NCBI GenBank assembly: GCA_964270895.1
Contig: OZ185435.1
Reading direction: 5' to 3' (one strand)
Length of the DNA stretch: 64,000 nt
Origin: Podarcis filfolensis
Lineage: Eukaryota
Position 1 is the stretch's first letter; each line of letters begins with the position of its first letter. Shown in pieces: positions 13,012 to 25,868 of this stretch. Both the position numbers and the translations under genes were made by a program. The notes under the pieces are model-generated. The model had not been told where the DNA came from. It was given only the letters and a program-made list of their open reading frames with translations, and made no database searches.

Positions 13012-16000
13012 ATGATGGTGTTCTCATCTCCTGTAGCAGTAATTTAGCAGCAGGACACCGAGCTTGAAGGAGTGATACCGTTATCTCTGTTTTGTCTAAT
13101 ATCAGGACAGTTTACATATTACAGCTGTAAGTTATGGTGGTGGCTATGAACTATCCCACAGAGAGGCTGTTACCTTGCTGTGAGCTGTTCATTTGCAGTT
13201 GCTCAGCAAAGGCATTGGTCAGTTTTCATACTGCAAAAATAAGGGTCTGCTATCGCTTGCTGAAAAACACCCAGTCTTCACAAAGGTCCATTTCATTCCG
13301 TATTCATCTCACAGTAATGGCCATCCATAGAAAGACGTAAATAAGTGTCTTTGGTCACAACTGTTTAACCTGCAGCTGTACTCTGTCCTACAACACATGC
13401 AAGTTGTAGTCTGTGCTACAAGTGCCTAGTCCTAAAATAAATTCACATCCTGCTGACCAGTTATTTTGTGAGCAGGGCTCAGTAGTGTGGAAAGGCTAAG
13501 GTGTAGACTCTCCCCCCCCCCCCAACTTCCCAGCTGTTTTGGTTCTTTTCCAAAGGTACAGATGTGTGTATCACTAGCTACTACATTTGGCCCTGTTGAA
13601 GTGTGAGCATAATTCCGATTTGAATACAAAACCCCTCATCCTGCTTGGGGCTGTGCACACAGAAGCCTGCATCCATGTGTACACAGGCCAGTGGTGGTGC
13701 AGGGCAGCTGTGAATCACTTGCCTGCTCAGACTGCACTCTTGCCTGCCACTGATTTTACAAGCATAGAGATCTAGGGGAGAGAGCTTCTGAGAATATTGC
13801 ATGGAAACAATCAGGTTGTCAGTCTGCTGTCTTTTAAGAGCACTCTAATAAAATTGGCTATTGATTTTAAACATGGAATTAGGTTTACTGCTTTCAGTGG
13901 AAGAGCAGGAAACATCTGACATCTCATTTCAGAGTTGGACTAGAGGAAGCTCCTTGTGGCAAAGCTGGAAGTGAAATATTTCTAGCAAACGGCATTAATA
14001 AATTGGATGCAAAAGCAAAACAAGAATGGTGGGTTTATCAAGTGCACAAAATATATTTATTTAACAGCAACAGGTGCTAGGGTACAGATGTGTGTTTCTT
14101 GATACTACCCCCACTCCCAAAAGAGAGATGCTTTAAACGTTTGATACTGGTACCTTACTATCATATAGCTGACATTTTGTTTCAAGAGCAACATAACTCA
14201 TTCACCAATTGAAACATGCTGCAATCATTCAATGTCAGGCGTAGCATTTTTAAAAACTGAAGTACTGTAGGCAGAATGCCCTGTTTCAGACGTGTTAGTC
14301 ACCCAGTCTCTGTAAGTTGCTTTGACGCCTCTGACTTGTTTTTAGAATGCACTTTCCCTTCTTGGGCTGAGAATATATTCCAATTCACCAGGAAGACTTG
14401 TGCCTGCAGAAGGGTGCAGTGCTTTTCCAGCATTTATTTTTAGAGTCTGAATGCTTCTCCAAGACGGCCTTTTACATATTGTAAAGGTTCCTGGCCTCTT
14501 CCTCCCTCCCTGTCTCTTAATTTGGAGTGTGTGTGTATAAGAAATATCAAACAGACTGCCACAGGCTTGGGAATTCTTGATGCATTTGTGTCTTGAAAGC
14601 TGGTTTAATCTTGGTAATGATTGCAGCTCAATTTCTTTCAAGGTAATTCCAGCTGAGCAAACTTTTTAAGTGCCCAAAGATTTTCCTTGCAATAATGGAA
14701 ACAACAAAAATTAACCAGTGCCTCTCTTTCTGAATAGAATTCTCCACAGCACAAAACCTCAGTTTGCGTCCAAGTCAAAATACATGCACTTCTCCCATCT
14801 GGCAGGAGGAGCATTCACTGCTACTTTTGAGAGCTACCTGACTTTGTTGTCATTTTTATCTAGAAACAGACAAAACCATCAAATACACTTTCAGAAAAGT
14901 TGGGTGGTGCCATACTTAATAACATACCACAGTAGCTATCTGCTACCATAGAGGAGGGACAGTCCCATTTGATGATACATTTTTTTAAAATGAACAAAAC
15001 ACCACTTGGTTTAGTATCTTGGCGGTCAACCTTGCCATCAGTGCCACCTTCAGGCGGACAAAGTGGGGCTTGCTGACAGCAAAATAACTTCTAACTTGCA
15101 AGCTTGCAAGTCTTTCTTTGTAGCTGCTTCCTTACCTGCCCCACACCTGATGTCAGGTGAGTATGGGGGACATGGGCTTGTGGACTGTCTTTAACCGTGT
15201 GGTTAGAACTGGGAATTTCACAGCTGAACCAGAATCTATATTCCTGGATGTTTTAAAAGTTGTTGTCCGCGTAATAAGCCATCTTTAGCACTCCAGCGCT
15301 TTTGCTACAATTTATTATTTATGTGTTATGTGCCGCTCTGGAAGTGATGCTGGCTTTGGAGTGTCAAGCAGCATTCACAGGATTCCCAGAAACTGGTGGG
15401 GCTGTATCCACAACCTCTTAGGTTGAAATGGCCTGCAGCCCTTAGGTTACTGCTAATGTACCTCTTCCATCCTGCTTCACATTATGCAGAACTTGTCCAA
15501 AGCCCTTACAGTTCCAAGGAGACATGTACAAGGAAAGCAGGAGTGAGTGTTGGGTTCAGCCACGAAACTTTCAATGCAGGTCACTTTTCCTCAGCCTAAT
15601 CTACTCCATAGAGGCAGCTGCGAGGTTCACATGAGATAGCAATACATTAAAACAAAGACTGTTCACCTTTGGAATAGAGTGGAGGGGGGGGATTAAATAA
15701 ATCAAGGCATTATGTTATGTATCAGTTTTCTTTCCAATGTAACTTCATTGACTCTAGTACGAAGGTTACTGCAGATTCGACACACCCCAACCCCCACCAA
15801 AATGTCTAAGGAGGGGAGCCAGGGACCTCTACTTTTCAAATATGTTGAACATCCCAAAGTGGCTGGCCTGGAGTTGTTTGGTTGGCTCAGATACGCCTGC
15901 TTTTTAAGATCCTCTTATTTCCAAGTATCCTAAATAGCAAGTCGCGACCTCTGTGAATCGTTTTTATCATAAGCAGCTAAGAAATGATTCCTCCAGGGAG

Positions 16001-16947
16001 AGATTGCTGCAAAATATTGTCAACAGCAGTGCTGCAAGGTCTGTAGTAGCCTTTTAATGTTTGTTGGTGTTGGCGCAAAGTAGAATCTGTTATTTCAAAA
16101 CAAGGAAAGAGACTCTGAGATGAAAATATTTAATAAGATTAAATAATTGTTAGTGCAAAACAGACGAGGATGAAAAAAAGAGGGTGGGGTTTAACTAAGA
16201 ACATATTCCTTCAGCTGCATCAGGAAATAATCAAGAGCCAAAAAGAGAGTGTCTGAACTTTTGCTCCACTTGAAACAATAACTAGGAACTTGCTTCTATT
16301 TTAATTTTCTTGCTTAGCCCCTTGGTTTGTATGCTGTACAGCTTACGCTTGCCAGGTGGGATCTACAAATGAGATGCCACCCATTTTAAAAGTGTCCATT
16401 ATTTCAGAACATATCAAATGTACCGCCTTGTTACTTTTTACGTTTGAGTCCAGCAGTCCTTGTGTAGCTATTCTCATGCCAATTAATTTTAGCCTTTGTT
16501 GAGTTCTGGCGTTGAGTGTGTTGGGGTTGAGCCCGAGAGTGGAATTCCATGTAGTGCTAAGTGGGGTATGAGGTTCACCTCCACAATGGGACTTTCTCTC
16601 CCCCTCCTACTCCCCGTGTGACCCCTAAACTTGCTCTGTTTCCCCCCCACCCCCACCCTCCAAAGCAGATTTAGAGGCCAAGGGGTGGGCTAGTCCTGTT
16701 GTACGAGTGGACCACATTCTGCACATGCAACCATTAGCCCAGAGAGACTTTGATAGACCTTGCGGGAACTTGTCATCTCCAGAGCAGTGGTCGAGGATAA
16801 AATGGACCATCCTTGGATACCCTTGAAGGGAAGAGGGAAGGGATACATGTGTTACAAATAAGATGTCTGGCCAGCTTGATGATTTGGGGCTTTGCTACAT
16901 TCCTATGTAGAGGATGGCAAGGCTTGTTTTGTCGGCATCAGAAGTAT

Positions 16948-17223
16948 AACAATAATAATAATAATAATTTATTATTTATTCCCCAGCCACTCTGGGCGGC
17001 TTCCAAAAGAATATTAAAATACTGTGATACATCAAACATTAAAAGCTTCCCTAAACAGGGCTGCCTTCAGATGTCTTCTAAAAGTCTGGTAGTTGTTGTT
17101 CTCTTTGACATCTGGTGGGAGGGCGTTCCACAGGGAGGGCGCCACTACCGAGAAGGCCCTCTGCCTGGTTCCCTGTAGCTTGGCTTCTCGCAGTGAGGGA
17201 ACTGCCAGAAGGCCCTCGGTGCT
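16948..17223 (-). mobile_element. L2 LINE 3' end, relatively young
   Basis: (AAT)n tail at 16951-16968, then TTTATTCCCCAGCCACTCTGGGCGGCTTCC...GGGAGGGCGTTCCACAGGGAGGGCGCCACTACCGAGAAGGCCCT. The same terminus occurs in sense at 52668-52748. Confidence 0.75.
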
Positions 17224-17793
17224 TGATGTATGTTACATGTGCTTTGTTTATCCTTGTTGGTTGGCTGGTTTGGGTTGTTGTGGAGAGGATTCAGTAAAGC
17301 GAGTCCCCACCTGCAGTTTGACGGGGTACAGCTGACAGCAGATGGGATTACCATCTCATGTGCAGCTTGTGAGAACTACAACAGTTTGTAGGTGACACTT
17401 TTTGCTGAATGTGATATCTCCCTCCACAGTCAGTTTTTAATTACTCATTCCTGCTATTGCCCTTTTTACTACTACATAAAACTTTTAATTTACACAGTAT
17501 TGCAATCTTTAATGTGTTTGCTTTCAACCCAATCCTGTGAGGTAGCTCATTTGATACCCCATTTTCAGACCAGCAGTGAGGAACAGTGATGTGCCCAAAG
17601 TCTCACAGCGAGTCTATGGCTGAGCTAAGACTTTTTTACTCAAGCACAGAGCCAAGCTCAGCTTTGTATCATTGAACACATTGGCTCTTGGGTAGCATTA
17701 CTGCCTCTTAATTGGATTTTCAGCTGTCTTCCAGAACTGTGTCCCCATTTTGTTGGCAGCATAAGTGACGCCTGCTGTTTAATTTGCCTCTAG

Positions 17794-18016
17794 GTCATGG
17801 GGAATGCCACTGTGGGGAGTGCAAATGCCACCGTGGTTACATCGGGGACAACTGCAACTGCTCGACAGAGACGGGCCAGTGCCTTTCCAACGATGGCCAG
17901 ATGTGCAGCGGCCGAGGCAACTGCATTTGTGGGAAATGCCAGTGCACAGAACCGGGTGCCTTTGGAGAGACGTGTGAGAAATGCCCTACCTGCCCAGGCG
18001 TCTGCAGCACAAAAAG
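17794..18016 (+). CDS. ITGB5: Integrin beta-5 exon, Cys-rich I-EGF repeats ([12 protein letters not shown]...[11 protein letters not shown]), 223 nt
   Basis: TAG acceptor ends at 17793 and GT donor starts at 18017. The translation matches the ITGB5 EGF region. Phase 1 to 2. Confidence 0.97.
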
Positions 18017-18452
18017 GTATTGTGTGAGCTAGCTAGAGTGAAAACCCTTCAAATAACAACGATGACAGTGCCTGATTATGTCGCTCTCCAGTTTCATTGG
18101 TGTCCATCCCACCTGCCGATATACCTACAAAAAATCAGGAAGTGATGATGCATCACAGCTTGAACTTTACTTATCACTAGAATCCAGTGAGGTAGCTCAT
18201 CAATATTCCCATCTGCAGCTGAGACATGTGACATGTCTAAGACTACATCCATGAGTCCATTGTGCTTATTACGGCTTATTGTAGATGAGACCGTAGCTTT
18301 GAAGTACTTTCCATACCTGAAGTCTTTGGATCAGTTTTTGGCCTCAGCAGTTAAAAAGGTAGAACTGGGGGAAATCCGTTTGAGCTAGAGGGTAGGAGAC
18401 CCAACAGCCCCAGGATCATGCATCCACCGTCTGTCTTCATGCAAGGCAGCAA

Positions 18453-18628
18453 AGGATGTAGTTCTGTGGGAGAGCAGCTGCTTTGGAAGCAGAAAGTCCC
18501 AGGTTCAATCCCTGACACTTCCAAGCAGGACTGGGAATGTGTCCTGGCCGAGATCCTGGAGAACCACTCCCAGTCTGCATAGACAAGGACCAATGATCTG
18601 ACTTGGTATAAAGCAGCTTCCTGTGTTG
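18453..18628 (+). mobile_element. tRNA-derived SINE (Squam3-like), diverged
   Basis: GCAGAAAGTCCCAGGTTCAATCCCTGAC B-box region and tail GTATAAAGCAGCTTCCTGTGTT; homologous to the 12857 copy. Confidence 0.7.
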
Positions 18629-19670
18629 CTGTGTTCTATAGTTCTAACATCCATTTAGCTTGCATTGATGGATGTTTGTTTTGCTTAATGGCACTTGTTC
18701 AGGCTTGTACAGCTGGTGACACCCTGCCACCCCCAAGCTGAATGCAACTCCTTGCTTTTGTACTGGAACCTGTCAGGTATCTGACAACCTCCATTTCCCC
18801 CCAATTCCAAATCATATAGCAAAAACAGGTTTATGAAGCTGTAATATGTGCCTGGTATGCTGTGTTTTCAGCTTGACAGTTAATATGTTGTGCAGGCATG
18901 CATTAATAGTATTGTGTATAGTGAAATGCATGAAAGAATGCAAAATGATCTGAAGCAATATGCATTTTCTTTTTCATTTCAATTTTACACAGCCTTAACT
19001 GGCTAATTCTCTGTATTAGCCTCCAAAGGTTGGATACCTTCTCTACAAAACAGGACTGTCCTAAATATAATTTCCCAGTGCAAATCCTTTTTGGGGTTCT
19101 TCTTATCACTTCCCCTTTCTTTCTTTTTAAAAAGTATTATTAGAGAGTGACTATTTCTTCTTGAATGGGAACCGTTTCTCCTTACATACAAGAAACAAAT
19201 GTGTAGCCATGTCCCCTGTACCAATAAAATCAGCAGCAGCCTTTATATGTGGTTGCCACAGAGGGGGAAAGGTTTTATTTTGAGAAAACGTCTCTGTCCA
19301 TGTTCCCATGCAAATAGTGGTTGCTACAGTGCACTGAGACTTGTGGGGCAGAAAACAGGGAGGCCAACAGTCGGTGGAGCCAGAGAGGATAGAGAAAACC
19401 AGTGACAGACAGAACCCACTAATTCTAGTTTTGCTCCCATCCTCCTTCCTGCTGAGTTCTACGATGGGAACACTTGAGACTAAGGAGGAGGAAGCTGGTG
19501 GCAGTGCCACTTCCCTGGACTGGTTCTAAGTAAGAAGGCAGATGGGGAGCGGCCGAGGGTAAACGGAGGTTGGTGGGGCAGTGCCCCATTCCCTATGGGG
19601 GCAGACTCCACTGCACGCAGATGTGATTTGAAGGGAAGTCTATCAATCTCCTCTCATTCCTCTTTCTAAG

Positions 19671-19774
19671 GGACTGCATTGAGTGTATGCTGTTTAACTC
19701 AGGAAGACTGGCTGACAACCAGACCTGCCAAAAACACTGCCGGGACGAGATCATTACTCGAGTGGATGTTCTCA
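19671..19774 (+). CDS. ITGB5: Integrin beta-5 exon, beta-tail domain start (DCIECMLFNSGRLADNQTCQKHCRDEIITRVDVL), 104 nt
   Basis: Polypyrimidine tract plus AAG acceptor and GTAAGT donor; in frame with the flanking exons. Confidence 0.95.
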
Positions 19775-20033
19775 GTAAGTACAGGCAAGATAAACTAGGC
19801 AGAATCCTGGCAGAAGTCGATGCTGCTTATCAAAGTCTCACCACTTTAGGGGAAAGGGAATTTGGAATGTATTTCTTTAAAATGTAGACAAATGGTTGAA
19901 TGTATTAGAATTGTAAGGGAAAGGAACATTAAAGAACAACTGTGTGCGTAACGTAGGAAGAGAAGTAGCTGAGAGGTGATCCTATTGTATAGATATATTG
20001 GCTAGTGATACAGGAGACAATAGTTTCAGTTAA

Positions 20034-20143
20034 ACAGGAGTGGTCTTTCTGTGGCCCTCCACTTGTTGCTGGACTACAATTCCCAACATCCCTTACCATT
20101 AGCCATGCAGACTGGGGCTGATGGGAGTTGCAGTCCACCTCTG
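20034..20143. mobile_element. Palindromic hAT-like MITE
   Basis: GTGGCCCTCCACTTGTTGCTGGACTACAATTCCCAACATCCC...GGGGCTGATGGGAGTTGCAGTCCA, with internal inverted symmetry. Confidence 0.7.
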
Positions 20144-21867
20144 AGTTAAAAGAAAATTGTTGCTGCATGATCTAATGGCAACAGATATAGCCAGCCACTC
20201 TCTGTCTGGAGTACATTGTCATGTGGACTGAGTAGTTTGGTATCTCTGGACTTCAAGCTTTTGTCACATTCCATTTCTCGTGTGTGTGTGTGTGTGTGTG
20301 GCATTTGCAGGGGGGACGGACCATCACAGCTGTAGCTGCTCAGCTGTACTTGTGGCTCAACCCCACTCCCACCAGTTCACAGACAATGACTATTTGCCAA
20401 TGCAAATGTTGCAACATACTTTTTTTCTTCCTCTTTGTCTGTCTGTGGTGAGTTTGTTTGCTATTTAAATGTGACTCCATTATGAACCCCTAGGGAGAAA
20501 AGTCCAGATTTTTTCATTAATGGCATCCAAAACTGCCACAGAGGTGCGGGGTGTGTGTGTGTGTGTGTGTTCTTAAAAATGCCCCTGAAAGCCCTTCTGG
20601 GTACTTGTATAAATACAGATGCCTACTAATCGCAAAAAGCTAACTTCAGATAACAACATGCATACAGATAACCCTGAAATGCAGGCTTTTCGTTTGAAGC
20701 TGCTTTCCAAACTCATATGCTTAAGCTCTGCAGAGATAACGTAGCCAATATTGTGTTGAATTGCATGCAAAGCTCTTCCTGTGCAAACAGAAAAATTCTG
20801 GAGACCCACTTTGGGGAAGTGATTTGCACCAGCTTTATAAGTCTAGGGTAGAATTGAACTGAAACATTTGCGTTCCTTACTTGCTCCTTTATGGGGTCCC
20901 AACAGAGGCATGGACTCTACGGCTTCTGTAGCCACCACAATTTGGACAGAGCATAACTATGGTGGCATAGTGATCATATTGGACTCCTTCAAACATACTC
21001 CCTCACCTCTGCCCCAGAGTAGCCTATTGGGATCCAGCCTCTTCCAGGCCCTGGTTCAACACTTTCACAGCCTCTCCCGATTCAGACGGAATGGGGAGAA
21101 ATATGTGTGCCATCCATGCTCCAAATCCCTGGATGACAGCTCCCATTGGCTTCATATAGATGTTGAATAATATAGGAGAATGGACCCTTCTGCTTCACCT
21201 TCACATGCAGTGGCCAAACCTGCAGTAGATGGGTTTTTCCTGCAAACCCATCTGATGGGCCTTTTCATTTCATCTAACAGCCTGTCCTTATATGATCCAC
21301 TGGGGGTGGGGAGAGAAACTGCTTGAAACAGTCGCGTCTGCCCCTCCTCCTCCCCCAACTTCCCCCTTTCTCTCAAAAATGACCCTTCAAGCAATTTCTG
21401 GCAATAAAAACCATTCAGCACATTTTTGAAATGCAAACACAGTGGATTGATTGCAGTTTTGATAACATCTCCACTTTGTCAGCACTTTGTGCCTCAAAAT
21501 GAGACTGTTGTCTGTGGAGTATTCAAAAACGAAGGAAAGAGGGAAGCAAAAGGAATCCACGGGAGAGAGTGCAATCCCTTGGCATTGAAGCCGGCATCAT
21601 TTAGGAGCCTCGTTTTCTCAATCTTCCTTTTGTTATTAGGGCTTTACTTATTAGCCTAAACCAGATAGGCCTTTCATGTGCATTCTTCTGAAAATCTGTA
21701 GCTGGGTTCAAAAATGATGAGATGGAATGTCTGATCAGACCCTAGGAGCCTTTACAAATTGTTGGTTTATTGCTCAAAACGTGAACTTGATACTTGGTTT
21801 TAGCAGTGTTCCAAACAACTAGCATGAGAAACTGGGATACGCTGCTTTCCCTCAAATGCCACTTAAG

Positions 21868-22375
21868 TTGTTTGTTTTAATTATTTTTTGTTAAAGATTT
21901 TAATGCACGCTTAAGGTACATCTGTTGTCTCCACTTTCAATTCAGTCTTTTTCACAGTTCCTTTATATTTAGTGAGAGACATTTTTTGTCATTGACATAC
22001 TGCATTTGGGGGAAAAGAGAGGGTGGAGATTCTGTTCTTTTGTTCTATTTCCTATTTATTAGTCTTGGGGTTTGTGTCAGCATCACATGGGTAGGTCCTT
22101 TGTTTATGTATTTATTTTTATTGATAATGCGAGAGGTTAGGGGTCCGGTCCCAAACTTGGTTGGCTGCATTCAGTTGATTGTGGTGTGGCGTGTTTGGGG
22201 GGGGGGGGTAAGTTGTTGGGTCAGGTTAGCCAAATTGATTTGTATGCTGTTTGTGGGGATAGATCATTGTCCCGTTGTGCTGTGTATGTAAAGGGGGAAC
22301 CATACTGTGGTGAAGGAGTCCTTCTTTGCTTGTTCCCATGCTAGTTTGTGTTTGTTGGTTAACGTTTACTACTTT
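21868..22375 (-). mobile_element. L1-like LINE 3' end (ORF2 C-terminal tip, 3'UTR, A-rich tail)
   Basis: The minus strand reads KLAWEQAKKDSFTTVWFPFTY (resembles L1 ORF2 C-termini), then a C/A-rich UTR and a T-rich tail at the left end. No TSD resolved. Confidence 0.5.
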
Positions 22376-22398
22376 AACTTCTTGGCAAGGCTCTAGAG

Positions 22399-22505
22399 CA
22401 GATAGGGAACCTGTGGTCCACCAGAGGTTGTTGGGTCTTCAGCTGCCATCAGTTCCAGCCAGCATGGCCAATGGTTAGGGATAATGGGAGATGCAATTCA
22501 GCAAC
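22399..22505. mobile_element. Palindromic hAT-like MITE
   Basis: CAGATAGGGAACCTGTGGTCCACCAGAGGTTG...CCAGCATGGCCAATGGTTAGGGATAATGGGAG. Confidence 0.6.
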
Positions 22506-22524
22506 AAATGGTTCATAACAATAT

Positions 22525-22775
22525 AACAATGGCCCATCTAGTTCAGCATCCTGTTCTCACAGCAGCCAACCAGATAGATGCCTGTGGGAAACCTGCAAGA
22601 AGGATCTGAGCACTAGAGTACCCTCCTGCAATTTCCAACAACTGAAATTCAGAATTATTCTGCCTCTGACCATGGGGGCACAGCATTGCCTACACAGCTC
22701 ATGGAGACAGTGCATAGTCTCCATTATGGCTAGGTGTCTCGTCCTCCATGAACTTCCCCATCTGTTTTAGAAGGT
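22525..22775 (-). mobile_element. CR1-type LINE 3' fragment
   Basis: GGCCCATCTAGTTCAGCATCCTGTTCTCACAGCAGCCAACCAG...; related copies at about 11903-11970 and 52783-52965. The class assignment is from memory. Confidence 0.5.
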
Positions 22776-23481
22776 CCACCAGAACTTCTCCAGTGATGCA
22801 CTAGTGAATCTATTTTAAAGAATTAGTTTAAAGAGCATTCATTTATTAAATGTGACTAATTCAAGATGTTTAGCAGGGTTGTATTTGATTCCTCTCCTGA
22901 CTGAATGTCTGTATACCAGTTGCTCTTAGTTTGGTCTGAAGTTGTACATGCACAGGTAGGGATCTGTGGGCCATCTGCTATCAGGAGTAATGAAGGCTGA
23001 GGCATCTTTGAGACAGAAGCTCTTTGTGGCGACTGCAAAGGTCTGTGCTTCTGACATGGTCCACAAGCCATCTGCCAAGCAGCCATATGCTCACACAGTA
23101 AGAGAGATGAAAAGGGAAGATATCAGATTCTTAACATGGGAGCAGGAGCACAGGTAGATGGAAAGTAACCTGCTCAAGGATACTTGAAGGGCCAATCCTC
23201 ACATACAATCCTGCCTCACCCATTCAGATCCACCAATGGAAACATGCAGTTGCTGGGTAAATGGGATTTCCTTGTTTTCACACCCAGGCTTTGATACTCT
23301 TAAGTCTGAGGGGACTTCGTGTTTTGCTGTGTGGTGGAAACAAAACTTTATTGTCAGGCTTTTGGCCTAGGCTACTGAATATTATTTTTTACTTCCTGCT
23401 ATAATTTTGTTTAAGCTATGGCATTGCTCAACTATGTTTCAAATACTTTTTGTATAGCGTCATTATATTGCTGCAAAGGTA

Positions 23482-23707
23482 CAGTGGTACCTCTGGTTAT
23501 GTACTTACTTCGTTCCAGAGGTCCGTTCGTAACCTGAAACTGTTCTTAACCTGAGGTACCACTTTAGCTAATGGGGCCTCCCCCTGCCACTGCGCCGCCA
23601 CCGCCCCATTTCTGTTCTCATCCTGAAGCAAAGTTCTTAACCCGAGGTACCATTTCTTGGTTAGTGGAGTCTGTAACCTGAAGCGTCTGTAACCCAAGGT
23701 ACCACTG
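23482..23707. mobile_element. Tc1/mariner (Tigger/pogo-like) MITE, copy 1
   Basis: TIRs CAGTGGTACCT...AGGTACCACTG with TA duplications at 23480-23481 and 23708-23709. Confidence 0.9.
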
Positions 23708-24418
23708 TATTCAGTTTAATGCCTTCACTTGACCCTATGCAGCGTATCCATCACAGCATGTTTTTCTGTAATGCACGACATTGACATTATCAGTGTTGAA
23801 TATTTTAATCTCCATCTCCCCGCTATTCCCTGTGCCCCAACTGGATTGCAAAATTAAGCTTATTTCCAGACAATTACTTCCTCCATGGAGATTGGCATAA
23901 GGAAATGAAACTTCCTCTTCCAAAGAAAGCCTTCCAAGTTTCAGTTTTGTTTGGCCTTCTTTCAGAGACACATAGAAATTCCTCTTTAAGGAGGGCAGGG
24001 CCATACCAACATCTCCTTTGCAGTCTTGGAGTTGTGTTTATCCATAGCTTTCAAAATGTTTAGGCATGCAGCTGAGTCAATCTTTCACCTACTCACTATG
24101 TTAATGGTTTCAACCATTTTAGACATTTGAATGGTTTCCTAATTTGCTCCATATGTACCAACAGGAAGGCCGTCATATTGAAAGGAATCCAGAGACCCAA
24201 GAGACTTAGAATCTCAACTTATTCTTCCATTTCTGGGGTCAAAATAATGGTAATTCAAACCTGTGTTTTGATGCGCTGAACAAATGCCCAGCAAAACAAA
24301 GGGAGCATCTAATGCTGGGGATATGTTATAGGTTAAAATGCTTTTCAACATATGCCACAATATGCTAGGGTTTTAAATCTTTGTGTTATAAATAGGATTG
24401 TGTTACATTTTATTCCAG

Positions 24419-24535
24419 AAACTGATGACCCTCATTCAGTCTTGTGTGCTTACCCAGTGAAGGACTGTGTGATGAAGTTCACCTACATGGAACTCACCAG
24501 TGGAAAGACAAACATCACTGTTCTCAAGGAACCAG
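24419..24535 (+). CDS. ITGB5: Integrin beta-5 exon, beta-tail domain ([38 protein letters not shown]), 117 nt
   Basis: CAG acceptor and GTTTGT donor; the KDCVM.FTY.EL.SGK motif matches ITGB5. Confidence 0.95.
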
Positions 24536-25559
24536 GTTTGTTATATCGTACATGCTTTGTGCTGTTTGTCCATACCACCGAGGCAAAAGTTTGGTTGTGG
24601 ACTTGACTGGAGAATCCCTTAGAATATTTTGCTTCCTTTAACACCACTAAGGGTACAAGAGTTTGGATGTTGTCCCTAGATACTCTTTCCCTTTTCAGAT
24701 GTGCAGAAAACACACGAGCAGTTTTGTGGGGCCACTTCCACAGCCATGCCATGCACAACAGCCAGGGCTGAAAGTGAGGGTTTAAATTGCTGCACCAGCC
24801 TGGAGATGGTGCAGTGATTGAGCCTGATGCTGAGGGATCCTAGGCTAGCTCAGCCTCCTGCCCCCCATATACCGTGTTTTGAGACCTTTCACTGGCTGCC
24901 CATAGAACTCCCTTGTGTCTGTATATTTCAAAGGGGCAGTTCTGCATTGCTCTGTTGAAGGCAGCCTGCAAGAGTCCAGCTTAGCTGGGAGGAGACAGCT
25001 GAGCACAAGAGGGGTTTGGATTGCTCTGCCCACTGATTCATTTTCACTATGGGGGGGAAAACTGCTTGTAGGTTAAGCCAGAAGAACAGATTCACATAGG
25101 GAGTGGTCCACAGAATACTAGTGAGAGGGGATGAAGCTTGATGGTCAGTAATCAGTGCCAGGCACATCTGGAGCACATCAGAAGGACCTTGTGTGATGGG
25201 ATGATGAAGTCAACTTACCTCAGTGTTGCAAGCATTCTTGCCAGAAGAAACATCCGAGCCAATTGGAGCTTATTGGCTAGACCCAAATCCCCACCCTTAT
25301 TTTTAAGTCTAACTATGACCAAAGTAAAAAAGAATCTAGATAAGCAATGGTATATAGCATGATAATCTAAAGCTCCTGATCTAAACAGCTCCAGACTTCG
25401 GGGAAAGAGTCCAATATTGGATTTAAAATTTTAAAAATTAATACTTTTTGTAGTTGAAAAGTTAGGCAGTATTGTGCCCTACCTTAGCTTTAGGGAATTG
25501 AATGCAGTTGCTGCCCTGGCCTTGGTCTCCTGTCAAATTAGCTGAGCTGTGAGCTTGAG

Positions 25560-25868
25560 GTGGGTGGGGCATCATTTTCAGATGGCATTCCTTTCTAGGC
25601 GACTTTGGGGCTGCATGCCAGTGGTGGACGGGGCAGAGCAATGGATGTAAATTTTATCTATGTAAAGTAGGCCAGTTTGTATACGCACCCGCATTCCCCT
25701 CTCTAGCTTCCACCTAGACAAGCAAGAGGCATTATCAGAGTTCAAGGACACATTCTGAGCCAGGCAAACACGCTCAAGGAGCGTGTGAAATAGAATGCGG
25801 CCTGGGAAGAGTGTGGCTGAGGAAAGGGTGAAACTTGGGAAGAGCCCAGGCTGAGGTTCCCCACCCGT
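25560..25868. mobile_element. Non-autonomous hAT (Charlie-type end) remnant, copy 1
   Basis: Shares CAGTGGTGGAC...CAAGCAAGAGGCATT(A/C)TCAGAGTTCAA...GCCAGGCAAA with 49554-49843; ends GAGGTTCCCCACCC. Confidence 0.6.
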
